Shown here: positions 16,600 through 26,900 of the stretch, one piece after another | Layout: each line of letters starts with the position of its first letter | How positions within the stretch are numbered: the stretch's first letter is position 1 | NCBI GenBank assembly: GCA_011364975.1 | Contig: RDOE01000037.1 | Location: 1 to 33,247 of the forward strand | Origin: Promethearchaeota archaeon | Lineage (GTDB): Archaea > Asgardarchaeota > Lokiarchaeia > Sigyniarchaeales > SOKP01 | Reading direction: 5' to 3' | DNA length: 33,247 bases | Position numbers and translations under genes: made by a program | Notes under the pieces: model-generated | What the model saw: only the letters and a program-made list of their open reading frames with translations | Database searches by the model: none | Told to the model about the DNA's origin: nothing

Positions 16600-18810
16600 A
16601 TGATGAAAAAGATCAATTTTCCTTTTACAGCGATTCTAGGACAAGATAAGATGAAATTGGGGTTGATTCTTAATGTTATTGATCCTCAGATTGGAGGAGT
16701 TCTATTAACAGGTCAACAAGGCACAGGTAAATCTACCGCAGTTCGCTCACTCGTCGAAGTAATGCCCGAAATTGAAGTAGTAAAAGGTTGTCAATTTTCA
16801 TGTAATCCAAAATTTGGATTAGATGATTTATGTCAGGAATGTCAAATTAAGCTTGAAAGAAAAGAGATAGAAATTGAAAAGCGTGAAATGAAACTGATAA
16901 ATCTACCGCTAGGGGTAACGGAAGACATGGTTACAGGTTCTTTGTCTATTGATAAAGTCTTAACAGAAGGGATAAGGAGTCTCCACCCAGGCTTACTTGC
17001 TAAAGCTAATAGAGGTATACTTTATATTGATGAGATTAATCTTCTGCAAGATCATATTGTTGATACTTTATTAGATGCATCTGCTTCTGGCGTTAACATC
17101 ATCGAGAGAGAAGGGATTTCTGTAGTACATCCTAGCCGTTTCATACTGGTGGGTAGTATGAATCCTGAAGAAGGAGAATTGCGCCCTCAAATTGCGGACA
17201 GATTGGGATTAGAAGTTAAAATATTAGCACCAAGAGATGCTAAATTGCGAGCTGAAATCACTAAGCGAGTTATTGATTTTGATGATAACCCTAAAGAATT
17301 CATTAAAGAGTATGAGGCACCCCAAGAAGAATTACGTAATAAAATAATCAAGGCTCGTAAAATTTTAAATTCAGTAAAAATTCCGGCTTCCGTATATGAA
17401 TTTGTTTCTAGATTAGTTAGTGAGTTAGATATTTTTTCCCAGAGAGCTGATATAACTTTCATTCGATGTGCACGAGCTCATGCTGCATTTGGAGGGAGAA
17501 CTCAAGTAATAGAAGAGGATTTAAATGCTGCTATGGATCTAGTTTTTGAGCATAGAATTAAATCCTTACATTATGAAATGACACCTGAGGAAGTGAAAGC
17601 TAAGGTTATTGAGGTATACGGAAAAATAGAAAAAGCACTTGAAGATCCAAAAGTATATCAACCTAATAAAGATACGGAAGGCCCCTTAAAGCATGATGAT
17701 ACTCCACAGAAGGAATTTAAACGACAATCCGTCGACCCAAAGAAAGTAGATATACCTGAGACAGAAGAGCAAAAATTACCACCTCCAAAATATCCTGATA
17801 ATAAAAAGAGAAATCCTACACCTGCTGGTGGTTGGAAAGTAAAAAATGTTCCTGAGTTTGATGATATGGATTTCAATTTTTTTGAAACTGACTCCGATAC
17901 CATGCCCTTGATATATAAAATGGAAAAAAGAATAACCTCAATTTTAGACACCATAAGGAAAGAAAGAAAGGTGACTAATTATGGCGGAAGAGGGATTGGC
18001 AGACGTATAAAAATTGCCTCTTCTCAGAAAGGAAGATATGTATCTTATAGGCAACCAATAAATAAACCGAAGAGTTTAGCATTAGATGCCACTATAAGGA
18101 ATTATTTAAAAAATACAATCTATAATGAGACTAATGTCGAATTTCCAATTAAATTTGACAAATATGATTTAATGGATAAAATTTATGAATATCGGGCTCC
18201 TTTAGTTTTATTCTTTGTTTTAGATAGCTCCGCTTCAATGTATTATGTTATCAAACAAATGACTGATGTTATCCTTTCATTACAACGAGAAGGATATCGT
18301 AAAAAAGATAAAATTAGTTTACTTGTATTTAGGGGTAAGCAAGCTATTGTTCTACAAGAACCAACGGTACATTTTAAAACTGCCATTAACAAATTAAAAA
18401 AGATAGAAGGTAAATCATATACACCTATGGCAGCTGCATTAACAAAGGTTATGAAATTAATAAATGCTGAGAAATTAAAAAACCGAAATGTAATTCCCGT
18501 TATCTTTATTTGTTCTGATTGTGGAGCTAACATCTCATATAAATATCCTGATCTTATTGCCCAGGTTCAATCGGATTATACTATTATAATTAATGAATTG
18601 AAAGAAATAACCAAAAATTTATCAAAGAAAGGAGTTCATATGGTTGTGTTAGAACCAAAGAAATCTTATGCTACTCAAGCATTAGGAGTAAATACTTATG
18701 CCGCAGACGAAATAAAAAAGAATTTCAAGATCTTTGGTGAAGCAGAAATTTTCCAATTTGATAGATATAATCCTAAAAACCTTATATTAGAATTGAAAAA
18801 AATTCTATAA
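16600..18810 (+). CDS. Mg/Co-chelatase ChlI/ChlD-type AAA+ ATPase fused to a vWA domain
   Basis: FPFTAILGQDKMK; Walker A GQQGTGKS; PGLLAKANRGILYIDEINLL (Walker B); MNPEEGELRPQIADR; Pro/acidic linker; MIDAS DSSASM and TPMA in the vWA domain. Confidence 0.9.
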   Translation: MMKKINFPFTAILGQDKMKLGLILNVIDPQIGGVLLTGQQGTGKSTAVRSLVEVMPEIEVVKGCQFSCNPKFGLDDLCQECQIKLERKEIEIEKREMKLINLPLGVTEDMVTGSLSIDKVLTEGIRSLHPGLLAKANRGILYIDEINLLQDHIVDTLLDASASGVNIIEREGISVVHPSRFILVGSMNPEEGELRPQIADRLGLEVKILAPRDAKLRAEITKRVIDFDDNPKEFIKEYEAPQEELRNKIIKARKILNSVKIPASVYEFVSRLVSELDIFSQRADITFIRCARAHAAFGGRTQVIEEDLNAAMDLVFEHRIKSLHYEMTPEEVKAKVIEVYGKIEKALEDPKVYQPNKDTEGPLKHDDTPQKEFKRQSVDPKKVDIPETEEQKLPPPKYPDNKKRNPTPAGGWKVKNVPEFDDMDFNFFETDSDTMPLIYKMEKRITSILDTIRKERKVTNYGGRGIGRRIKIASSQKGRYVSYRQPINKPKSLALDATIRNYLKNTIYNETNVEFPIKFDKYDLMDKIYEYRAPLVLFFVLDSSASMYYVIKQMTDVILSLQREGYRKKDKISLLVFRGKQAIVLQEPTVHFKTAINKLKKIEGKSYTPMAAALTKVMKLINAEKLKNRNVIPVIFICSDCGANISYKYPDLIAQVQSDYTIIINELKEITKNLSKKGVHMVVLEPKKSYATQALGVNTYAADEIKKNFKIFGEAEIFQFDRYNPKNLILELKKIL

Positions 18811-18854
18811 AATTATTAAAAATTTCTTTTAACCTTCATTTCTTAATATCCATA

Positions 18855-20096
18855 ATGGCGATAAAAAAGGAATCTGTTCTAATTATAGGTTTTAATACGC
18901 GCCCTCTAGCTTTTTCTTTATGTAATGCCGGGTATGACGTTTATGCCATAGATTTCTTTGGAGATTTAGATCTTTATCCCTTTGTGAAGGATACCCTTAT
19001 TTTAACGAAGGAGTTAAACTCTAGCTACGATCTACTTAAAGATAGTTATAGTGATTTTATTCCAGCACTAACTTTTAGATTTTTAGAAAAATATTCTGAT
19101 ATTGATTATTATCTTATCGGAAGTGGATTAGATGATCACTTTGAAGAAAGGAAGTTAATTTTAAATATGTTAATTCAAAAAAGAAATCAAATTCATAGTC
19201 TTAATAATGATTTAGATGTTATAAAGCGTGCTCGTGATATAGAATATCTTTATGACTTTTTAAGAGAATTTGATTATAAAGTACCTAAGATAATATCGTT
19301 CAAAGAAAATGATATTAGTCTCCAATATCCATTAATACTCAAAAAGAGGAAAAGTTCTGGGGGTATTAATATCTATAAAATTAAAAACAATGATGAAATG
19401 GTATTAACTCTTAAATTCCTTAAAAAAGATGGATTTAATCCTTATGAATGGATAATTCAAGAATTTATAGAGGGTATTTCAGTTAGTTGTACAGTTATAG
19501 CAAATGGAGTTGAGAGTAAAGTTATATCAATTAATCGCCAAATAATTGGTGAAAAATTTGTAAATTCCCCCAAAGAATTTATGTATTGTGGTAATGTTGT
19601 ACCCGCAAACTTACTAGAAAATGATAATGAACTAATAAAAAAAATATCTCTTCTTTTATCCAACAAACTCAATTTAAAAGGAATTAATGGATTTGATTAT
19701 GTCTTGAAGGATCATTACCCATATTTAATGGAAATTAATCCTAGAATCCCGGGTTCTATAAGAGTCTCTGAAGAAGCTTTAGACGTTAACCTTTTAGATT
19801 TGCATGTTAAAAGCTTTAAGAAGGAACATTGGAATGATATAAAAGTGCTTATTGATAAAACAGATTTTAAGAATTTCTCAACTAAATTGATATTTTTCGC
19901 CCCGAAATTAATCAACGGAAAGATAATTTCGCAAATAAATGCTCTTGATAATATACACGATAAATCAGACCCAAAAAAAGAAATTTTGAAAAATGCACCG
20001 GTATGTTCAATATTATTTAAGGATAAAACATTTGCTGCCTCATATTTTGGAGCTTTAAAAATTGTAGATAATATAATGAAGATTATTTCAGCTTAG
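18855..20096 (+). CDS. ATP-grasp fold ligase (COG2232-like predicted carboligase)
   Basis: NTRPLA...AIDFFGDLD N-terminal signature; K...SSGG loop; IQEFIEG; YCGN; GINGFD; EINPR. Confidence 0.85.
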   Translation: MAIKKESVLIIGFNTRPLAFSLCNAGYDVYAIDFFGDLDLYPFVKDTLILTKELNSSYDLLKDSYSDFIPALTFRFLEKYSDIDYYLIGSGLDDHFEERKLILNMLIQKRNQIHSLNNDLDVIKRARDIEYLYDFLREFDYKVPKIISFKENDISLQYPLILKKRKSSGGINIYKIKNNDEMVLTLKFLKKDGFNPYEWIIQEFIEGISVSCTVIANGVESKVISINRQIIGEKFVNSPKEFMYCGNVVPANLLENDNELIKKISLLLSNKLNLKGINGFDYVLKDHYPYLMEINPRIPGSIRVSEEALDVNLLDLHVKSFKKEHWNDIKVLIDKTDFKNFSTKLIFFAPKLINGKIISQINALDNIHDKSDPKKEILKNAPVCSILFKDKTFAASYFGALKIVDNIMKIISA

Positions 20097-20100
20097 AAGT

Positions 20101-20835
20101 CTATTTAATAATTGATTTTATTTTTACGATATAGGATCCTAATTTTCGTTCATCTGCTTCTGGTACAGCTATTGCAATAATTCTAGTATCATCTAATTCA
20201 TGTATTATAATGGAACCGTTCTCACCTCCAATAATTGAAAATTCCAGTCCTTCCTCAAGTAAAACTCCCGCTAAATTATAAATTGCTGATGACATCGCTG
20301 ATAACATTGGTTCTGGCATTGTCGATTGTACTTTAATTGGTAAACCATCTTTAGTGATTATTGCAATTACTAATGCATTTGGAATGGCTCGCTTTAAAGC
20401 TACAAAAACTTCCTCTTTAATTAAATCACTAGTTTCTATTATGGCACTTATCTGAATCGCAAACCTTTTTAAACTATTGATGTATGAGTCAATTCCTTCC
20501 AATTCAGCCAGTTGCCTATTCAAATAGGCAATCAACGCAATACTTTCCGTTAAGATAGATAAGATTATTCTTTCCTTACCAGTGATTAAGTTATACGAGA
20601 TTCTTTGATTTAAAGAGTCATTTAAAATTTTCGAAGAAAGGAACACCAAGCTACTGCTTGCAGCAGAAATTTCAGACTTGGTCATTTTTATAGTCTTTTT
20701 AAATCTACTCGCTAAATGAGTCCCCCCATGGGTTGATATAGACATTCCAAGAATACTTTTTTGATCAAGTAAGTGCTTCTCTATCAATTCATTTAAATCC
20801 ACATCTAACTGTTTAATACTCTCATCCAGATTCAT
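20101..20835 (-). CDS. Tandem (double) Roadblock/LC7 domain protein
   Basis: Second half has IAIITKDGLPI...MLSAMSSAI...IGGENGSIIIHEL...LG. First half is a diverged copy (MSISTHGGTHLAS...ISAASSSL...ITGKERIILSIL). Start is ATG 20835 or 20868. Confidence 0.82.
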   Translation of the reverse strand: MNLDESIKQLDVDLNELIEKHLLDQKSILGMSISTHGGTHLASRFKKTIKMTKSEISAASSSLVFLSSKILNDSLNQRISYNLITGKERIILSILTESIALIAYLNRQLAELEGIDSYINSLKRFAIQISAIIETSDLIKEEVFVALKRAIPNALVIAIITKDGLPIKVQSTMPEPMLSAMSSAIYNLAGVLLEEGLEFSIIGGENGSIIIHELDDTRIIAIAVPEADERKLGSYIVKIKSIIK

Positions 20836-21032
20836 AGGATTATAATAATTGTAATCAAATATAAACATATTCTTGAATTCTATTTAAACGAATTTTAAAA
20901 GTACCTCTAAGATTGAGATTCTATTGTTGAAATTATAAATAATATTTGTGTTTTTAAAAAGAAATAATTGACTTATATACTAAGAATTAAAAAGATATTA
21001 TTTTATTATTATTTATAAATTGCATAACATTT

Positions 21033-22001
21033 TTGAGTAAAATTATGGATCAATCGAAAAATAAATCAGGGACAAAAGAAACTGATCTAACTTACCTAAA
21101 AGAAGAGCTAGATAAGAAGAACAAAATAATCAAACAATTAGCAGAAAAGATCGATGAGTTCGAAAATACTTTAAAGCAATTTTCTGATGTCGAGCTAAAG
21201 ATAAAAAATAAAGATGACCTAATTGATAATCAAAAAAGATCGCTTAATTTGAAAGAAGATCAAATCAAAACTCTTAAAGATTCGATGAATTTAAAGAATG
21301 AACAGATTAAAACTCTTGAAACATCAATTACAATCAAGGATGAGAAAATCAAAGCCATAGAAAAGTCGATAGAGTTAAAAGAAAGAGAATTAAAGGCTTT
21401 AAACTTATCAACTGTAGATAAAGATCTGTTAAGTGAAAAAGACAATGAAATTGAAAGCTTAAAAGAAAAGGTAAAAGCATTAGGGGAAGAATTAAAGGTT
21501 GTCGATGAGGATTTAGAAGCATTAGAAAATGAAAATGAGAAATTAAGAAATGAATTAGCATCATCGTCTGGCACTAAAATTATTGATTGGACTAATCTAG
21601 AAATTCCTAAGTCCGAAATACTTGAAAAGATGCGAGATATACTTATGAATGCGCTACATAATGTTACAATTGCAGTTCCTGATATAAAAGATTTACAGCA
21701 ACTATATTTGTATGAAATAAGAGCTTCAGTTAATATGAAAATATCTTGTTCTATCGATCCAAGTTTTGAAGAAGATGCTGAACTTTTAGAAGAATTTGAA
21801 AGCCTGGATAATATTTCGATTAGATTATACGAAGGTGAAGATAGATTCGTTATAGATCGCGATGGAGAAGAGTTATTATTAGCAGTGAAGGGTGTAAATG
21901 AAAATAACCATCTTATCATTCATACAAAAGATCCTAAACACATTAAATTTTATCGGGCTATTGTGATGGATTCATGGCTCAGAGCGAGAAAAATTGAGTA
22001 A
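21033..22001 (+). CDS. Coiled-coil protein with C-terminal alpha/beta domain (TrmB-effector/PLD-like fold, tentative)
   Basis: About 170 aa of heptads, then a globular domain (ALHNVTIAVP...RFVIDRDGEELLLA...WLRARKI) with no HKD motif. Start is TTG 21033 or the ATG four codons later. Confidence 0.7.
   Translation: MSKIMDQSKNKSGTKETDLTYLKEELDKKNKIIKQLAEKIDEFENTLKQFSDVELKIKNKDDLIDNQKRSLNLKEDQIKTLKDSMNLKNEQIKTLETSITIKDEKIKAIEKSIELKERELKALNLSTVDKDLLSEKDNEIESLKEKVKALGEELKVVDEDLEALENENEKLRNELASSSGTKIIDWTNLEIPKSEILEKMRDILMNALHNVTIAVPDIKDLQQLYLYEIRASVNMKISCSIDPSFEEDAELLEEFESLDNISIRLYEGEDRFVIDRDGEELLLAVKGVNENNHLIIHTKDPKHIKFYRAIVMDSWLRARKIE
21240..21407 (+). repeat. Four degenerate 42-bp (14-aa) tandem repeats within the coiled coil
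   Basis: Units start at 21240, 21282, 21324 and 21366: SLNLKEDQIKTLKD / SMNLKNEQIKTLET / SITIKDEKIKAIEK / SIELKERELKALNL. Confidence 0.75.
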
Positions 22002-22047
22002 TAAAAGATTTAAAACATAATGATTCTCTTATTCTAAATTTGAGAAT

Positions 22048-22773
22048 TCAATAAAATAGGCAATTTTCTCGTTCACATTTAGAGTTCGATGAAGAAAATT
22101 CACAATGGCTCGGATTATAATTTAAATTAACCCCAAAATTCTCCTTCAAAAACTCTAATGTTTCACATATAGATAACTTAACAGATCTCTTACAGCAATG
22201 CTCTAAGTTATCGGCTATTTTGGATAGTGCTTTTGAAGACATCTTATTAGCTAGCGATCTTGGTATATCTGTACTCGGAGTTGCACTGGTAAATATGCTT
22301 ATAGCTATACCCGATCCTATCCCTGCTCCACAAGAACCGTAGAACCCACACCAACCTCCAGGGATTTTTGATGCCCGCCTAATCGCTTCTTTAATATCCA
22401 GTAAGTTTATTTCCTTTCCATTTGGTTTAAGAATGTTATTATTTCTTAATGTTGTTAAGATTACTGCGGGAGTCAATACATGATGTTCTGGGCCATACAT
22501 TTTGAATTTAGGATGCTTCATAATTTTATCAGCTAACTTAAATGGATCCTTTATTTTTGAAGTTTCACAGATGGACTCAATTATCTCTATAGGTTCTCTA
22601 GAATGACACGTATCACAAATATAATGACCGTCCTCACAATAAATGTTTGTATTAAAAATTTTTCCACAAAATTCACAATTAAGGGTCCTATATTTATCTG
22701 GTTCAACAGTATAAATTAATTTTTTACCACAAATTTCGCAATTATCACTTTTATTATCGTTCATTTTCCCCAA
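22048..22773 (-). CDS. DUF5714-family Cys-rich protein with N-terminal zinc-binding domain
   Basis: CEICG...CEFCG...CEDGHYICDTCH, then GPEHH, GWCGFYGSCGAGIG, CCKR and a C-terminal C-x7-C-x4-C. Confidence 0.82.
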   Translation of the reverse strand: MGKMNDNKSDNCEICGKKLIYTVEPDKYRTLNCEFCGKIFNTNIYCEDGHYICDTCHSREPIEIIESICETSKIKDPFKLADKIMKHPKFKMYGPEHHVLTPAVILTTLRNNNILKPNGKEINLLDIKEAIRRASKIPGGWCGFYGSCGAGIGSGIAISIFTSATPSTDIPRSLANKMSSKALSKIADNLEHCCKRSVKLSICETLEFLKENFGVNLNYNPSHCEFSSSNSKCERENCLFY

Positions 22774-22787
22774 AAAACATGATTAAA

Positions 22788-23648
22788 TTAAATTTCGATC
22801 CAGTATCTTTTTCTCTTTTCATAATGAGCAAGTTGAGAATATCCTGTTTTTCTTAAAATGTCAATTATATGCAAAAAATCATGAGCAATCTCATCCGGAT
22901 GATGGGCGTCTGATCCTAATAATATTGGTATATCTAATTCATACATCAACTTTATAATTTCCAAACTAGGATATTGTTCTCCAACATCCCTTCTTAATCC
23001 ACTGGTATTAATTTCTACAGTTAAGCCACTTTTTTTTATCAATTCAAGCGTTTCTGTAACCTTATTCATAATATTTTCTTTATCTATTGGGCGCTTATTG
23101 AATTTTTTAGGCAGATCAAAATGACTTATGATATCTTTTTCAAAATGCTTTGTTTTAATCATTTCCTGTACTGTATTATAATACAAGATATAAATTTCAT
23201 CAATAGAATTATAATTATTATACTTATCTAAGAATCTACGATCATCAAATGCAAAAATTCCTCCTGTTCCGAACAACATATGAACAGAACCCAATATATA
23301 ATCTAAGCGTTTCTTAAAAGGATTTAAATGGCCATTTAAAGTTTGTTCATGATCTTTAAAAAAATCAATTTCAAATGCTATCTTAACATCAATTTTAGAG
23401 TGGTATTTTTCTTTTAAATTCTCCAAGTTATCCAAATAAAGTTGGATTTCTTCAATATTCATGGAATATTCCTGATATGGAATTTCATTTATTGAAGGAA
23501 GAACCGGGCTTAAATAACCATACGGGAAATGGTCACTTAATCCTATAGTGGTCAAACTTAACTCTATTGCCTTTGTAATATAGTCTTCACATTTACCAAT
23601 AGCATGTCGGCATAAATCGTTATGAGTGTGCCAATCTTCAAGCTTCAA
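22788..23648 (-). CDS. hisJ: Histidinol-phosphatase, PHP family (HisJ/HisK)
   Basis: DWHTHNDLCRHA; SDH; DYILGSVH; SHFDLPKKF; EINTSGLR...YPS; GSDAHHP. Confidence 0.88.
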   Translation of the reverse strand: MKLEDWHTHNDLCRHAIGKCEDYITKAIELSLTTIGLSDHFPYGYLSPVLPSINEIPYQEYSMNIEEIQLYLDNLENLKEKYHSKIDVKIAFEIDFFKDHEQTLNGHLNPFKKRLDYILGSVHMLFGTGGIFAFDDRRFLDKYNNYNSIDEIYILYYNTVQEMIKTKHFEKDIISHFDLPKKFNKRPIDKENIMNKVTETLELIKKSGLTVEINTSGLRRDVGEQYPSLEIIKLMYELDIPILLGSDAHHPDEIAHDFLHIIDILRKTGYSQLAHYEKRKRYWIEI

Positions 23649-23904
23649 AGAAACCTATCCGAAAAGTTTCAATTTCATTCTAATAATTAAGGCTATTAAA
23701 GAAGTTAGATAAAATTTTAGATTTGTTTTATTAACAAGAAATCTGCGAAAATTCAGTAAAAAATAATTCTAACGCTGTTATTTTTAATCCAATTGATTCT
23801 AAAAATCAGATGACAGAAAAATAATATATTTGACTTATTTCAATATATAATACAAAATTATTTAAGAATAGAAAAAAATTCTACTCATACAATATAATAA
23901 ATTT

Positions 23905-26900
23905 TTGGTGCGAATAAGAGTGAGTTCCATAAAAAATTCCAGCAATTTTAATATCGACGAGTTATTTGAAAATAATGAAAATTTAACTTTCCTTGTAGGA
24001 GCGGGAAGTTCCACCAGTTCTCCATCATTATTACCTTCAACAAATAACATAGTTAATGCTCTAATAACTTATTTTTGTCCACCCTCAGAAAAAGAGAAAA
24101 TTTTACAAATAAAAAGCCTGCGATTTGAAAATCTCATTGAAATTATTCATGAATCTATCAATGATAATTTTAAATTTTTAGATTTTTATTTTGATAACGA
24201 TAGACCAAATTTAGAACATTATACCATTGCAGAAATGCTTAATAAAGGAAGCTTCGTACTCACAACTAATTTTGATTCGTTATTAGAACAAGCTCTCTTA
24301 AATTTAGATATCGCCAGAAAAAAAATCATTCCTGTTATAACTGAAAAGGATTATGAAAGATACAATGATCCATTAAAGTTATTCAAAGCTGGAAAGATAC
24401 CTATCTATAAAATTCATAGCTCTCCAAAAAATCTTATCACGGGAGAAGATACAAGGGAATCTTTTATAAATACATTAAAATTGATAGGTAAAAATAAATC
24501 TATGAACAATATTATCCAATTAGAACCTTATAAAGCTCAGCTACTTAATAATATTACAAACAATCGAACATTAATTATAATTGGATATTCCGGCAAACAC
24601 GATTTTGACTTTTTATCCACTTTAAAAACTATGAAAACCCTTAAAAATCTAATTTGGATAAATCATATTTCAAATGGAGAGATGGAGGAGGGTTTGTATG
24701 AATTTGAGGCTAAAAAAGTTAAAACCAAAGAAAAGCTAGATGAATTGGATTCAGTTCTTGCCGAAATCAAGAGATTTAATGATTTTATTAGAATTTTTAG
24801 ATATGACACAAATACAATCAAATTTTTAGAGGAAAAATTTGAACAAAAAGAAATAGTAAGTACAGAACAGCCTTTTCTGGATTTAATGGGTTGGTTAAAA
24901 GAGAATGTAGCAGAACCCAATGATCTAACTAAGCTACTTCTCTCTAGCAAAATATACATTCAAAGTAATGCATATAGTGACGCATTTCGATTGTTGGACA
25001 AAATTTATCGAATGGCAGAAGATTCTGGAGATACTGAATGGAAATCATTATCCTTAATGTATATGGGTTTAATTAATTTTGAGCGATCAAATTTAAACGA
25101 AGCATTAGATTGGTTCCAAAAATCGCTACAATTTCAACTTAAAATCAAAAAATTCCCAAAAAGGGTTTTGATTTTCAAATATATAGGGATGATTTATCAA
25201 TTGCAAAAAAAATATAATGATGCCTTAAAGTTTCTCGAGTTAGCTGTAAAAGAAAATGAAAAGTACAAAAATTATGAGGAAAAATCAAACTTATATCAAT
25301 TAATTGGCAAAAATTATCAATTTCAAAATAAACATGAAGAGGCGTTAAAATATTTTGATGCCGCTTTACGACTTGATGAAAAACTTTTTAGATTGTTTGA
25401 TGAGGCACTAAACTATAAGCAAGTTGGTAAAGTTTATTATTCCAAAAAAAATTATTCTGAAGCTTTGAAAAATTATCAATTAGCCCTTAATATCGTAGAA
25501 AAGTTAGATAATTTAGAAGAAAAAGCAGAAATACTAAATATATTAGGTCACATATTTCATGAAACAGGAGATTCATTAAGAGGTTTAGAAAAATGTAATG
25601 AAGCACTTAATTTCTATAATAAAATTCAAAATATGGAAGGAAAATTAAATTCTCTTAATTTTATTGGTATTATTTACCGGGATCAATGGAATTATCCAAG
25701 AGCTTTAGAATTTTTTGAAGAGGGATTTCAACTAGCTGAAGAACTACAAAATAATGAACAGAAAGCGATTTATAGTTTCCAAATAGGAATAATATATCAT
25801 AATCAAGATAAAAATTTTGAAGCATTAAAATGGTTTGAGGATTCCTTACATCTTTTTGATGAGTTAGGGAACTTTGAAGGGAAAGTTAACAGTTTGAGAG
25901 AAATAGGTAATATTTTTCAATCTCAAAAAGCTTTTGTTAAAGCATTAAAAAGATTTGAACAAGCATTAGAAATCTATGAACAAGTTGAAGATACAAATAA
26001 TAAAGCCTCAATCTTGAACCAAATTGGGCAAATTTTCCTAGAACAAAGAAAGTTTCCAGAGGCTTTACGAAATTTTGAAGCATCTTTTCAGATCTTTTCT
26101 GAGAATGACAATCTTAAGGGAAGTGCTGATAGTTTAAAAAGTATTGGTAATTTTTACTATGAACAAGCTAATTTTAAAGAAGCAATGAATCGTTATAGTG
26201 ATGCCTTAGTTATTGCAAATGAATTAGGTTTAAACGAGATGAAAGCAGATTTAAAAAACAAAATAGGATCCATTTATCAAGATCAAGGTGAATATCCAAC
26301 CGCATTACAGAACTTTGAAGAAGCTTATGATTTGTTTACTGAAGAGAATAACATGGAAGGTAAAATTGATAGTTTGCTTTTCATAGGTTTGAACTATCAT
26401 TATACCGGAAATGATGAAGATGGGTTAAAAAAGTTTGAAGAAGCAATCCAAATCGCTGAACAAATTGGTAATTTACATAAAAAGGCTCAAAGTCTAAACA
26501 TAATTGGCAATATATACCGAGAACAATGGAATCTAGTTGAATCACTTAGAAGATATGAAGAAGCTCTAGTAATCGCTGACCAAATGGGACATTTAGAAGA
26601 ACAAGTACACATTTTGAATATTATAGGAAAAATTTATCAAAGTCAAAAACATTATCCTGAATCAATACGTAGATTTCATCAAGCTATTGATGTAGCTGAA
26701 ACTTTAGGAAATCTTGAAGTTAAAGCTGACATCTATTCAAGTATTGGTGATATTTTTTATGATGAGGAGAACTATACTGAAGCGTTGAAGTGGTATGAAG
26801 AAGCTCTTAAAATTGATGAACAATTAGGTGATTTGAAGGGGAGAGCCCGTAGATTATTGCTTATTGGAAATGTATTTCTCGAACATAACAAATTCGATGA

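Noticed and set aside
16600-18810. Evidence for (bacterio)chlorophyll synthesis or phototrophy
   Set aside because: ChlI/ChlD-like proteins are widespread in non-phototrophs, and no chlH or other pigment gene is present in the window.
21260-21919. 219-aa antisense ORF
   Set aside because: Its Ser/Phe/Leu-rich composition is the expected mirror of a Glu/Lys-rich coiled-coil gene.
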